Positions 11,390 through 30,029 of a stretch of 64,000 nt of DNA are shown here, one piece after another. The stretch is from the human T2T-CHM13v2.0 reference genome, Homo sapiens, in the NCBI RefSeq assembly GCF_009914755.1, contig NC_060935.1; one strand, written 5' to 3'. The translations under genes and the position numbers were made by a program. A model generated the notes under the pieces. That model did not search any database. It saw only the letters and a program-made list of their open reading frames with translations, and was not told where the DNA came from. Each line of letters begins with the position of its first letter. Positions within the stretch are counted from its first letter, which is position 1.

Positions 11390-13765
11390 CAGGAGCAAGG
11401 GAAGGCTCCGCTGATTGTCTTGTGCCATACTCCCTGCAAGGACACATATTTAACAACTATCTACAGAGAAAACACACCTTCATAAGAACCAAAAATCAGG
11501 TGCGCACCCATAGAACCTGATAGAGGCCCCTCTACCTTTGGAAATGGGAGGGAAGAGTAGGAAGAACTGCATCTTGTGGCTTAAGTGCTGCCTCAGCCAT
11601 AGTATAATAGAACAACATGTAGTCTTCTAAGGTTTTTGACCCTAATACCTGACTCCCAGATGGCACCTCTGGACCCATCCAGGGCCTGGGGAACTTGCCA
11701 CCCTGAAAAGAAGGACACAGGTATGGCAGGCTTTGCTACCTGCTTGTTATAGATCCCCAGGGCCTTGAATGAACACTTACCCAGGAAGTGGTCATGGCAG
11801 GCCTTGAGCAAGACCCAGTGCTATATTTGTTTCAGGTCTAACCCAGTGCAATCACAGTGGTAGTGGCCACATTCACCTCCATCATTAGGTAGCCCACAAC
11901 AGAGGGAGAAAGACTCCATCTAAGAGAAGTAAGGGAAGAGAACAAGAGTCTCTGCCTGATAATCTGGGGAATTCTCACTGATCTTGTCCAAGACCATCAA
12001 GGTGGTACCTCTACAGGTCTGCTTTATGCAGTTGTCTTTTAAATCACATAAAAGGAAGACAAGTAACAAGCCAAAATATGCAAATACCATCTTCTATATT
12101 TATCTATGTAGTTTCATTTACCAGAGCTTTTGCTTTCTTCATATGAATTCAAATTATTGTCTGGTGGAATTTTATTCAGTTTTACCAGGCTTGTCATGCC
12201 TCCTAAAGCAGATTCAGCTTACATTACAACATCCAAGTCCTTTCAAATATCTGGAAATCCTTTCCAAGAAGGATAGGTACAAACAAGCCCAGAACATAAA
12301 GACTACAATAAATATCTAACTCTTCAATGCCCAGGCACAGATGAACATCTACTGTTCTACCTGCATCAACACTACCATCTAGGAAAACAAGATCCCACCA
12401 AATGAAATAAATAAGGCATCAGGGACCAATCCTGAAGAAATAAAGATATGTGACCCTTTGGGCAAACAATTTAAAATTACTGTTTTGAGAAAACTCAAAG
12501 AAATTCAAGGTAACACAGAAAAGAAATTCAAAATGCTATCAAATAAATTTAACAAAGAGATTGAAATAATTTTAAAAGAATGAAGCAAAAATTCTGGAGC
12601 TGAAAAATGTATTTGGCATATTGAAGAATGCACCAAAGTCTTCTAATAGCAGAATTGATCAAGCAGAAGAAAGAATTAGTGAGCTGGAGGACAAACTGTT
12701 GAAAAAACAATACAGTCAGAGGAAACAAAAGAAAAAAATATAAAACAATGAAGGACACATACAGGATCTAGAAAATAGCCTCAAAAGGGAAATCTAAGAG
12801 TTATTGACCTTAAAGGGAAGGTAGAGAGATAGAGATAGGAAGTTTATTCAAAGGGATAATAACAGAGAACTTCCCAAACCTAGAGAAAGATATCAATATT
12901 CAACTATAAGAAGGTTATAGAACACCCAGAAATTTAATCCAAAGACCACTTCAAGGCATTTGATAATCAAACTCCCTAAGCTCAAGAATAAAGACCCTAA
13001 AAGCAACAAGACAAAAGAATCAAATAACATACAATGGAGCTCCAATATGCCTTGCAGAAGACTTTTCAATGGAAACCTTACAAGCCAGAAGAGAGTGGTA
13101 TAACATATTTAAAGTGCTGAAGGAAAAAAAACCTTTTACCCTAGAATAGGATATCTAGCAAAAATATCCTTCAAGCATGAAGGAGAAATAAAAACTTTTC
13201 CAGACAAACAAAAGTTGAGGGATTTCATCAAGAGCAGACTTGTCCAACAAGAAATTCTAAAGGGAGTAAGTACTTCAATCAGAAAGAAAAGAATGTTAAT
13301 GAGCAATAAGTAATCACTTAAAGGTACAAACCTCACTGGTCGTAGAAAGTACACAGAAAACACAGAATATTTTAACACTATAGCTGTGGTATGTAAACTA
13401 CTCTTATCCTAAGTAGAAAAACTAAACAATGAACCAATCAAAAATAATAACCACAACAACTTTTGAGGACATAGACAATAAGATATAAATAGAAACAACA
13501 AAAAGTTAAAAAGCAGGGGGACAAAGTTATGATGTGGAGTTCTTATTAGTTGTTTTTTTTTTTTTTTTGCTTGTTTATTTGTACAAACAGTGCTAAGTTG
13601 TTATCAGCTTAAAATAATGGGTTATAAGATAGTATGTAAAAGCCTCATGGTAACCTCAGACCAAAAAACATACAATGGGTCCATAAAAAATAAAAAGCAA
13701 GAAACTAATCATATCACCAGAGAAAATTATTTTCACTAAAGAAGAATAGGAAGGAAAGAAAGAAC
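11390..13765 (+). mobile_element. L1M1/L1MA-type LINE 5'UTR plus degenerate ORF1 (host of the nested stack; resumes 20970-21020)
   Basis: 5'UTR motif TTTAACAACTATCTAC..CACCTTCATAAGAACCAAAAATCAGGTG; ORF1-like sequence ~12320-13290 (AATCTAAGAGTTATTG, GAGAACTTCCCAAACCTAG, ACCTTACAAGCCAGAAGAGAGTGG). Confidence 0.8.
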
Positions 13766-14368
13766 TGACACAGGAACTAGAAAGAAATTATTTAGGCATA
13801 TAGTGAGGGTAAAAGAGTCCTTGGTAAGGTTTCCGTGTTCATAAAAAGCAGCCCCCAAATCATTTCTTTTCTAACAAAGAAGAGCCTGAAAAATCAAGAT
13901 GCAGACATAGAAAAGCAAGCTGTAAGTTTGCATGGGTGAATGCTGGCAGCTGTGCCAATAGGAAAAGGCTACCTGGGGGCCAGGCATGGTCAACATGGAG
14001 GCTCCATCTTCCCTTTTGTCAACCACATGTGCAGTAAAGAAGCAGGCAACATGGCACTGACCAGGTAGAGAACCCTTTTGTATAATAAAAGATTAGGGTG
14101 GGCAGCCAGCTTCGTCACATACCAATCTTTTGGGCCCTATGAAAATCAGACACTGCCTCCTCAAGTTCATCTATAAAACCCCATGCATTTCACCACAGAA
14201 CTGGAGGACCCACTCAGGAGTCCCTCTGTCTCTGCAGAAGAGAGAGCTTTTCTCTCACCTATTAAACCTCTGCTTTTAGACTCACTTATTGTGTGTCCAC
14301 ACCCTCAGTTTCCTTGGAGTGAGACAATGAATGTAGGGTATTTACCTGAGACAAACAATGCTGCTTCA
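13766..14368 (+). mobile_element. 5' LTR (LTR9-like)
   Basis: TGACACAGGAACTAGAAAGAAATTATTTAGGCA... homologous to 20334-20969; TATAAAA and ATTAAA present. Confidence 0.85.
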
Positions 14369-16775
14369 TTTTGGGGCTCCACCTGGGATGCAGGTATAAT
14401 CATCAGAAGGGTGAGTATAGGAGTAGACCATAACTCTATCCTTGCATTTTGAGGCTCTTGGCCTCCATTTTAATATCAAATCAAACCAAATACTGGGCCC
14501 TTGTCAGCCATTTAAAAATGGTTAGAGTGGCTGCCAGCCTTACAAGACCAGGGGACAAGCTTGCTGGGGAGATCATGGAGAATCCCCCAGCACCCTCAGG
14601 TTGCTGGGCATATTGGCTATGTTTCAAACCAGTTTCCCTTCCTGGAGCACCCAGCCATCGTATGGGGCTTAAAGAGGTCCCGGAGCAACTAAGAATTTCT
14701 GGCCAGGACTACACCCTGGTGTTATCTGAGGGCTTCTGGACCAACTCCAGCCTTCAACTGCCCAACCAACCGTCGGCAATAGGATCTCCAGCTTTTCTAT
14801 CACAATTTCCTCCTTTCCTACCGGCAATTGTCATGTCTCCTATCATCTCTATATATGCAATGCTCCGGAAATTTTTACAGTTCAGCGAAATAGTCCTGTT
14901 AGGAAAGGTCAGCAAATGCCATAGTAACTGGGAACATAACTCAAGAGAACGCTGTTTTTGTGATTTTCTAGTAACAGAGGATCTTCCCCCACCCCCCACA
15001 GTGAGCTTATTCTCTGCGCTTGGTCTGGAGAGCACATGGTATTTCAAGGTCAACAGCGCCACCTAGTGGAATAGGAATCCTCTCCATGAGGCACATTGTT
15101 GGCCCTTTGCCAAAACACTTTAGCTTCCCAATTTTCCTCCCTTTTTGTGCCCTTCTACTAGGGACCAAGCTTTATGCCTTTTCTGTGAAAGAGAAAAACT
15201 CTGCCTTCAACAGTGATGAGGAAAATGTCTCTGAAAAAAAAGTTAGTCTCGATAGTGTCCCATCAGCAGGAAAACCACCATTTGGTCCCTACATTCTTTT
15301 AAGTCACCTACTCTGTCTCCAATTAAAATGGTACTTACATAGTAAGGAGACAAGAGTAAACGCTTTGGCATGGGCCATAATAACAGGATATACAGTTCAA
15401 TCTAACGCACCCCCTCCATTAAAGGGGCCTTGCCCAAAGGCAACTATTACATAGTCTTTTTCAAGATCCCTCTTTCTGGGAGCCACATAGGCCATGTCAG
15501 TCTAAAAAGTCAACGGGAAATCATAAACAGAAGACTAGAGTCGCATGGGTAAGTGTGAGTAATCCCAATTGCTTCGTTCCTCCACTTCCATGGCTGGGGG
15601 TCATGCCTGCAACCATGGACAATATGTTTAATAATGTGCTGGAGTCCCAGGAACCAAGAGGGAAAAGAGTAGGGGGTAAACTCCTGCCGTCTTCCCCTCC
15701 ACCTTGGGTCACAACAAAAGGAAGGAGATTACAGGGGTGACTTTTTTCTGGCTTCTCTTTCTAGATGGGTAACAAACCATCTTCAACCTGTACTCCTCTG
15801 AAGTGCATTCTGAAGCATTGGGATTCCTTTGACCTTGAGACTGGAAAAAAAGCAGCTCATTTTCTTTTGCACAAGGGTATGGGCTTGTTACTAGACCTTT
15901 GCAAGCACGGCACAATCAACTCAGCTCTTTTAGCAGTCATATCAGGTGGGCCCAATGGGAATGATTCCTCAAAACTAAAGAAACAGACCCCCCAGGAAAC
16001 CCTTAAATGCAACTTCCAGATGCCCCAGCCCTGCCTGTTCCCCCTATTTACATCGTCAGCTATTTCAGTTCCACCACACAAACCCCAGACTTTTCTGTGG
16101 TATTTTTCCTTCCTCTTTACGTGGTTTAAAATGGCTCCTATCTCTTCTTTTATAATGTTCCTCCAAACTTGGAAAAGTTAATTTCCCCAAACGTTAAAAT
16201 GCTGGGCTGAGAGTTGAGCTCAAGGGAAGGGAACCCAGAAACATGACAGTCCAGAAAAAGGGTAAAAGTTTTTTTTTTTTTCACCAGTCAGGATTTTGGC
16301 TTCTCTCTCCCTGTACAAAATAGTAACAGGAATAATAAGTTTCACTATTTATATTTTCTGTAAAATTTTAATTCATGAAAAATGATTTATGAGGTTGGTC
16401 TTAAGCTGTAGCCCATCCAGTGTGCTTTGTGTGTCTTTCTGTACGGCTTTGTCAAGAGAAAGCATATCTCAGGCTAGGATGCAGTCCTGGGACCCCATAA
16501 GCCTGCTGTTCAAGCCAGTCCCAACAAAATGGTCAGTAACAAACTTTGCTGCATCTTGTTTTATGTGCTTGGGAACATGACCTGTAACCATGTGGCAATA
16601 CTACATTTTAGTCTCCACCATTTTACAATAGTGGCTCAGATTCAATTCTGGCTTGGGAAATGAATACTTTAATTTTACCATTTGCTGATTCTCTTCTCCC
16701 GTCATGAACAACTTCTATCTGCCTTTCTTAAATCTTCCTCTAAGTTGCCTTTAAGTGTTCTAGATTTTGTAATAG

Positions 16776-17440
16776 TGTAACTGCCCAATGAGTTCACCTT
16801 GCATGCTGCCCAGGCAGAGCTGATTTATCAAAACAGGGGAATTGTAGTAGAGTCAGTTGTGTGGGAGATGGGAGTTTTGTTGTTGCTCAGATGGGTCTTC
16901 CTGAGAGTTTGGGGAGCAGAGTTTTTGGGGACAGCTTGGTAGTGGGGGGAGCCAATGAGACAGGAATGCTGACTTGTAGAGCTAGAAATAAAATCATAGG
17001 GAGTCAAAGTTGTCTTCTCGTGCTAAATTAGTTCCCGGATGGGGGCCACAAAATTAGATAAACCAGTTTATCAATCTTGGTGATGCCAGCTGATCCAACA
17101 ATGGCAGGGTTTGCAAAATATCTTAAGCACTCATCTTGGGAGCAGTTTAGAAGGGTCAAAATCTTGTATCCTCCAGCTGCATGACTCCTAAGCCATGGTT
17201 TCTAATCTTGTGCCTAGTTTCTTGGTCTGGTCCCTAGGCAAAAAAGGGAGGTTTATTTTGAGAAAGGGCTACTATTGACTTTGTTTTAAACTATAAACTG
17301 TAAACCAAGCTCTTCCCAGAGTTGATTCCACATATGCCTAGGGATGGGCAAGGACAGCTTGGGGGCTGGAGGCAACATACAGTTGGTTGGGTTGGATCTA
17401 TTTCACTGTCTCAGTCACAATTTCGCAAAAAACTGTTTCA
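16776..17440 (-). mobile_element. Solo LTR8-like element inserted antisense into the provirus
   Basis: Reverse complement starts TGAAACAG...TTGCGAAATTGTGACTGAGACAGTGAAATAGATC and ends GCAAGGTGAACTCATTGGGCAGTTACA, matching recalled LTR8 termini. Confidence 0.8.
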
Positions 17441-20333
17441 TAAGCTGCTTACCCCTCCTTTGAAAATATCTTGTATACTCACGGTTAAGTCATAACCTAA
17501 CTAAGGCTTTTGATTTCACCTGTGAGGTAACTTTTGGTAAAGTTCAAAAGCTGAACATCTTAACTGCTTAGTATGGCTAAAGTTGAGTAACAAGGGATTT
17601 AAAGGGATTTTCTTAAAGAGCTCTCAGCTTAAATAAAAGTGGATATCCAAGTTATTGGTGTATTTAAAAGGCCTTTATGTTTTTCTGTTCTTAGATCTTG
17701 TTTTTCTGAAAAATGTTTTTTCTGAGTCAACTAAATTCCTTTTCTCCATTTTGTTTTGCCACTCTTAATACTCTTAATGCATGCATTACTTAATGCACAC
17801 ACGAGAGGCCCCAAGATAATTTCTGATAGTGTGAGACTTCTTGGGAAAACAGAAAAGACACCACAAATCTCGTTTTGGGAGAAATCTCTGTTTTTCCTAA
17901 TGGAATGCCAGGAATTAGTGGCAGATAGATCTCTCTCAAAAATCTGTTTTTGTCTTCCTTAAAAACTTCATGCTCTCCTAGCCCCACTCTTAAAGGGCCT
18001 CACCCAGAGACCAATATTCCAATTAGAGATAAATCTTATAACAACTGAGTCTTTTTCTGTTTGTCTCTGTAATTATGTGTGTTACTTGTAATGTCTATAA
18101 AAAGAGCTCCAATTGATTGGCTTAAAGAAAAATAAGCACTTAAATTAAATATTTTTTAAAGGAAAGATAAAAGCTCTAATGCCTTTTAGCTCAAGTGACT
18201 TTAACTTTTAAGGAATAAAAATAGTCTTAAGGATTATTAGTAAAATACAGGTGTCATCAAAATGCAAATAAGTGGTCTAAATCATGTAAGTCAGATACTA
18301 GGTTTACTAAATATTTCCATGTAAACTCCTGCTTTACAACTTTGTAAGGCCTGGGGACATACAAAATTATCCATGTCCTTAACTATGCTGGAAAAATTCA
18401 AACTTAATCTGTGCCTACTACATAATCAAAGCAACTTACCAGGTTTCACATTAAAGTTAAAAATTGCTAAAAGTTAGCATTATAACATGCAATTTAAACT
18501 ACTAAAAATAGACGTACATGCAAGGTGTGTAAAACAGTAAAATATGTTTTTAGTAAAAGACTATAAGAAGGCATGAAAATGTACATTTTTCTAGGGATAA
18601 AGGATTGTCTTAAATTAGATATGATAAAGCTGAAGGTTTAAGCAAGTTTTGGAAAGATTATAAAAAATAATCTTGTGAAAAATCCCATGTGTAAACAAAC
18701 TAATCTCAAAAGGGTATTATATGGTATTTTCATAAATTGAGCATTGAAATAAAAGCACAGCAAGGGTGTCTTAAAACACTGATCTGCCCTTTGGCAAAAG
18801 GGTTATAAAAGGTTTGTAAAAATTAATGGTCAAATTGGTTAAGATTAGATGGAATTGTCAATGAGCCTCCCTTCAAAAATTGGGTTCACATTAATAAACT
18901 AATACAAGGGTAAAATTTGGCTTTGAACAGGATTTTCATGTAATAGTAAAGGTTAATAAGAGGCTTTTCCCTTTTTTCATCATTATGGCAAAATAAATGA
19001 CTTGTGGTAACCTGGAATTCTATTTCATAACATGAAGTGTTTTAAACCTCTAACATATATAACAGGCTTCCCAAAATCAAACCTCAGTTTCAACGTTGTC
19101 TTTCCTGAACTCTAGCTTCTGGATGCCACAGAGGGCCCCTGAAGCATTCTAAAGAAAGGTAAACGGGTTTATTTGACATGTTCAGGTATGTGAGATTGCC
19201 AAAACGATGTTTAACATTATTCAGGTTATATTTTAGTGAATAATATTAATATATGCTCCACAATTGTGTGGGATTTATAAAATTCTATTGTCTGAGTATG
19301 TGCTATTAATTATAATGAAGGTTGTTATGTTAAGTTATTGTACACCACTAAGATAACTAAACTTCTCTGTCAGTCATGTTTTTAATTTTAACTACCCTGG
19401 AAATTTTGTCATTCACAGACAATTGTTGTCTTGCTTTGTTCTTTTCAAAAGATGATTTAAAATCAAGCTATAGGAATTTAACACATATTCTCAAATGCAG
19501 GTTTCTTATAGCTTTGACAATTGTAACATTGGAAGAGAGAAAAAATGTCCAGGACTCATGAAGAGCTGAAACGTTCATGAATATCAAACAGGAGTTAACT
19601 CTATGAACTACACTAATAAAAGTCTGAAGTAATCTTTTCTACAAACACCACCATCCTATCATAATTTGGTTTTACTCAAAATGAGGACTGGAGATAGGAA
19701 AATTATGCTCCAATACTTATACATTTTTCATTAAATTATAGTCTCATTGGTTGTTTTTAAATTTTTTGATACATTTTAGGCTAACCCTGCTTATTCCTGT
19801 GAATCAAGTAGTAAACTCCTGCAGCTCAGAAAAAAACAAAAAGGGATGGGTAATATAAAAATCAGGACAAATATGCTAGTTCTTGGCAATTATCCTGCAA
19901 ATCCTGTCAGGTAATGAAAGTAAATATGTTACCCATAACCCAGAGCTTTCTTTGGGAAAATAAAACCAAGGTAATTAACAAAAGCCAAGCCCCATACATC
20001 CAAGTCTTAACAAGCATAACCATAGTCACCAGTTATCAAGGGGTTACACAGCCTCAGGATTTTTTAAGCTGTCCTTACCCCTACCTTGTTTTATTTTGAT
20101 ACATGTCCTCTAATAACCCAAATTCTTTATTCTTGCCTAGAAGCCATTAAACTCCAAATGCTACTGAAGATGGAACATACATGAACACACCATTCTTCCA
20201 AGGATCCTTAGATTGACCCCAGGAGGAGCTGTTCCCCACACAGTGCCCCTCTTTCAGCAGGAAGTAGGCAGAAAGAGTTGTCATCCAACACCCACTAACA
20301 GCAGTTAGGGTTGCCACTGCTGATGGGGGGAAA

Positions 20334-20969
20334 TAATACAGGGCTAGAAATAAATTACTTAGGCATATAGTGAGGGTAAGAGTCCTTGGTAAGGTTCCCC
20401 TTTTAATAAAAAGCAGCCCCAAAATCATTTCTTTTCTAACAAAGAGCAGCCTGAAAAATCAAGCTGCAGACATGGAAAAGCAAGCTGGCAGCTTGCATGG
20501 GTGAATGCTGGCAGCTGTGCCAATAGGAAAAGGCTAACTGGGGGCCAGGCATATTGAGCATGGAGGCTCAATTTTCCCATTTCTTTGTCAACCACGTGTG
20601 CAGTAAAGAAGCAGGCAACATGGCACCAACCAAGTAGAGAACCCATTCACATAATAGAAGATTAGGATGGGGCAGCCAGCTTCTTCACATGCTATGTAAA
20701 TGGCACAGCTGGTCCAATCAATCTTTTGGGCCCTATGTAAATCAGACACCACCTCCTCAAGCTCATCTATAAAACCCGATGCATTTCACTACAAAACCAG
20801 AAGACCCACTCAGGAGTCACTCTCTCTCTCTGCAGGAGAGTTTTTCTGTTTTCTCTCACCTATTAAATCTCTACCATTAAACTCACTTCTTGTGTGCCCA
20901 CATGCTCAATTTCTTTGGCATGAGAAGATGAACATTGAGCATTTACCCCAGACACACAACACCACTTCA
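20334..20969 (+). mobile_element. 3' LTR (LTR9-like)
   Basis: Direct repeat of 13766-14368; begins TAATACAGG (TG>TA) after the PPT and ends CACTTCA. Confidence 0.85.
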
Positions 20970-23900
20970 GAAAGAAAAGAAGACCACAAAACAGAAAGAT
21001 TAATTAGAAAATGGTAATAGGGAAGATGGTTGAAAGGAGGCAGGACTAGCTTGCAGTTCCTGCTCAGACAGAGAAGCATGTGAAGATGCACAGCATAACC
21101 TTTTGCTCCAGGAACTACCATATGAACATACCAGGAAACCTGAGAGAATCCACGGATGCTTTGAAGGAATTGAACCACTGCTGCAGACTCCCTGAGATGC
21201 TGAAAAACTGTGAGTCTACTTGTTTTCTTGATAGGGAGACTGGTGGTATGGGGAAAGTTTATAGCCCTGGTAGCCAGCTGCCTGAAAGTAGACTTGGTGC
21301 TGTTGTGGGGGCACAATGAGAGTGAGACTGGCCTTTAGCACTGCAGACTGTATGGAAGCAGGGTGAGGCCTGTAACTGCCAGCTTTGCCCCACTTTCCTG
21401 GTGACCTGTATGACTCAGCAGAGGCAGCCATAATCTCTCTGGGAACACAACCCCATTGCTCTCAGAACCAGACTCCCATCCCCACAGCAGCCACAGCAAG
21501 CCTCATCCAAGGAGAGTCTGAGCTCAGACATACCTAAACCTGCCTCTAACTGCTAGCCTTGCTCTACCCACCCTGATTGACAAAGACAAAGAACATAATC
21601 TCTTGGGAGCTCTATGGCCCTTCCCACCACCTGAGAAACCTGAAAACTTAACCAGGTGGCCCTAGGGCAAGTTTGTATCCTGTCTATAGTACCACACCTA
21701 ATGTGTTCTTGAAAGCACCACCTCCTGGCTGGAGGCCAACCAACACCAAACCAGTGCACCAAACAAAAATACAACCAAGAAGCTTCACAAAATCCACCTC
21801 ACTCCCCTGCTACCTCCACTGGAGCAAGGTGCTGGTATCCACAGCTGAAAGACTTGAAGACAGACGACATTAAAGGACTCTTTGTTGATACTCCCCAGTA
21901 CCACTCTGGAGCACGGCAGCTCCACTGGGTGACTAGACCCAAAAGAGCAAAAACAATAACTGCAGTTTGCCTCTCAGTAAGGCCCATCCATAGGGGAATG
22001 GGGAGAATACCACATCAAGGGAGCACCTTGGGGGACAAAAGAATAGGAACAGCAGCACTTGAGCCCGATATCTTCCCTCTGACACAGTCTACCCAAATGA
22101 GAAGGAACCAGAAAAACAATTCTAGTGATATGACAAAACAAGGTTCTTTAACACCCCCAAAAGATCACACCAGCTCACCAACAGTGGATCCAAACCCAGA
22201 TGAAATCTCTGAATTGCCAGAAAAAGAATTCAGAAGTTGATTATTAAGCTAATCAAGGAGGAAACAGAGAAATGTGAAGTCCAATTTAAAGAAATCAAAA
22301 ACATGATAAAGGATATGAAAGGAAAATTCTTTAGTGAAATAGCATAAATTTAAAAAATCATAACTTCTGGAAATCAAGGACACACTTAGGGAAATGCACA
22401 CTGGAAAGTCTCAACAATAGAATCAAAGAAGCAGAAGAAAGAACTTCAGAGCTCAAAGACAAGGCTTTCAAATTAACCCAATTTATCAAAGACAATGGAA
22501 AAATAATTTAAAAAAAAAATGCACAAAGCCTCCAAGAAGTTTGGGACTATGTTAAGCATCCAAACTTAAGAATAATTGGTGCTCCTAAGGAAGAAGAGAA
22601 ATCTAAAAGTTTGGAAAACATATTTGGAGGAATCTTTGAGAAAAAGATCCCCCAGCTTTCCTAGGGATCTAGACATCTGAATACAAGAAACTCAAAGAAC
22701 ACGTGGAAAATTCATCGCAAAAGGATCACCGCCTATGTACATAGTTATAAGGTTATCTAAATTCAAGATGAAGGAAAGAATCTTAAGATCTGTGAGTCAA
22801 AAGCATCAGGTAACCTATAAAAAAAACTCTAACAGAGTCACAGCAGATTTCTCAGCAGAAACCTTACAAGCTAGAAGGGATTGATGTCCTATCTTTAGCC
22901 TCCTTAAACAAAATCAGCCAAGAATTTTGTATCCAGTGAAACTAAGTTTTAGAAATGAAGGAAAGATACAGTCTTTTCCAGACAAACAAATGCTGAGATA
23001 ATTTACTACTATCAAGCCAGCACTACAAGAACTGCTAAAAGGAGATGAAAATTTGACACAAATCCTTAAAATAAATCAAATAGAACCTGCTTAACACATA
23101 AATCTCATAGGACCTATATAACAATAACACAATAAAAAAAAACAAAGATATTCAGGCAAAAAAATAGTATGATGAATAGACTAGTACCTCATCTTCATAC
23201 TAACATTTCATGTAAAATGGCCTAAATGCCTCACTTAAAAGACACAGAATGGATAAGTCACCAACCATGTTTCTACTGTCTACATGAGACTCACCTAACA
23301 CATAAGAACTCACAGAAACCTGAGTTAAATGGGGTAAAAAAAGATAGTCCAAGTAAATGGACACCAAAGGTGAGCAGGAGTAGCTATTCTTAGATCAGAC
23401 AAAACAGACTTTAAAGCAACAACAGTTTAAAAAAGACAAAGAGGAACATTATATAATGATAAAAGGAATAGTCCAACAGGAAAATATCACAATCCTAAAT
23501 ATACATGCACCTAACACTGGAGCTCCCTAATTTATAAAACAATTACTACTAGACCTAAGAAATAAAATAGATGGCAACACAATTACATTGGGATAACTTA
23601 ATACTCTACTGACAGCACTAGACATGTCATCAAGACAGAAAGTCAACAAAGAAACAATGGACTTAAACTACACCCTATAACAAATGGATTTAACAGATGT
23701 TTACAGAACATTCTACCAAACAACTGCAGAATATACATTCTATTCATCAGCATATTTTCCAAGATAGACCATATGATAGGTCACAAAACAAGTCTCAGTA
23801 AATTTAAGAAAATTGAAATTATATCAAATACTCTCTCAGACCACAGTGGGAAAAAAATTGGAAATTGACTCCAAAAGGAACCCTCAAAACCAGGCAAATA

Positions 23901-24281
23901 CATGTAAACTAAATAACCTGCTCCGGAATAATCACTGGGTCAACAATGAAATCAAGATGAATATTAAAAAATTCTTTGAACCGAATGATAATAGTGGCAC
24001 ACTGTTATCAAAACCTCTGAAACACAACAAAAGCAGTGCTAACAGGAAAGCTTATAGCATTAAATGCCGACATTAAAAAGTCTGAAAAAGCACAAATAGA
24101 CAATCTAAGGTCACACCTCAGGGGACTGGAGAAACAAGAACAATCCAAACCCAAACCCAGCAGAAGAAAAGGAATACAAAGATAAAAGCAGAACTAAATG
24201 AAATTCAAACAAAAAAAAAGATAAATGAAACAAAAAAAAGATAAATGAAACAAAAAAAACCTGATTATTTGAAAAGATATA

Positions 24282-28844
<4,563 letters not shown>

Positions 28845-28854
28845 GAAAAGATAA

Positions 28855-29145
<291 letters not shown>

Positions 29146-29610
29146 GAAAGAAAAGAATAAATAAAATTGATAGACTGTTAGGGAGCTTAACCAAGAAGAG
29201 AGCGATACAAATAAGCTCAATTAGAAATGAAACAGGTGCTATTAGTACTGATACCACAGAAATACAAGATCATTCAAGGCTACTATGAACACTTTGATGT
29301 GCATAAACTAGAAAATCTAAAGGAGATGGATAAATTCCTGGAAATATACAACCCTTCTAGACTAAACGAAGAAGACATAAAAACCCTGAACAGATCAATA
29401 ACAAGTAGTGAGATTGAAATAATAATTTAAAAAATGCCAACAAAGAAAGTCTGGGACCAGCCAGATTCACAGGTGAATTCTATCAGACACTCAAAGAAGA
29501 ATTGGTACCAATCTTACTGAAACTATTCCACACGATAGAGAAAGAGGGAAACATCCCTAAATAATTCTATGAAGCCAGTATCACCCTAACACCAAAACTG
29601 GGAGAGGACA

Positions 29611-29640
29611 TAACAACAACAACAACAACAACAACACAAC
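29611..29640 (+). repeat. (CAA)n microsatellite within L1
   Basis: TAACAACAACAACAACAACAACAACACAAC. Confidence 0.85.
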
Positions 29641-30029
29641 AAACAAATATCCCTGATGCAAAAATCCTCAACAAAATACTAGTTAGTCAAATCCAACAGC
29701 ATATCAAAAAGATAATCCACCATGATCAAGTGGGTTTCATATGAGGGATGCAGGCAATGTTTTGTTTGGGGCTCCCTCAGCAGTGATATTATGCCTGTGT
29801 TTGTAGTGATCCATCTGACCCTTAGCTGGTGCACTGGTCCACAGGGAAAAAAATAGAACAAAAGGGAGTTGGTGGTTTCTATGGTTTTGAACTCTTGCTT
29901 ATAAGTATTTAAGTAAATGATTAAAAGCTTTACTGTTTCTTTTATTTTTGGCTTTTTGCTTTAATGGACTACTCTAAACCTGAGAGGTCAACTCCATCTC
30001 TCCAACTCAGTTTAGCCCTTGACATTATA

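Larger units (their letters stand above)
13766..20969 (+). mobile_element. Two-LTR ERV1 provirus, HUERS-P3/LTR9-like, non-autonomous
   Basis: Direct-repeat LTRs 13766-14368 (TG...CA) and 20334-20969; tRNA-Pro-like PBS TGGGGCTCCACCTGGGAT ~14372-14389; polypurine tract GATGGGGGGAAA before the 3' LTR; gag MA remnant MGNKPSSTCTPLKCILKHWDSFD at 15765; no recognisable pol. Confidence 0.88.

Noticed and set aside
13981-14000. Possible p53 response element in the LTR9-like LTRs
   Set aside because: Half-sites (AGGCATGGTC / AACATGGAG) deviate from RRRCWWGYYY, and the 3' LTR copy is further degraded
14449-15454. 205-aa and 144-aa ORFs
   Set aside because: Lie in the ERV leader, start at non-ATG codons and show no recognisable domain; likely chance frames
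15765-16181. gag-like ORF as a possible domesticated gene
   Set aside because: Only the first ~27 residues resemble MA before the similarity is lost; remnant only
24221-24260. 20-bp tandem repeat ATAAATGAAACAAAAAAAAG
   Set aside because: Simple slippage in A-rich L1 sequence; not a spacer-containing array
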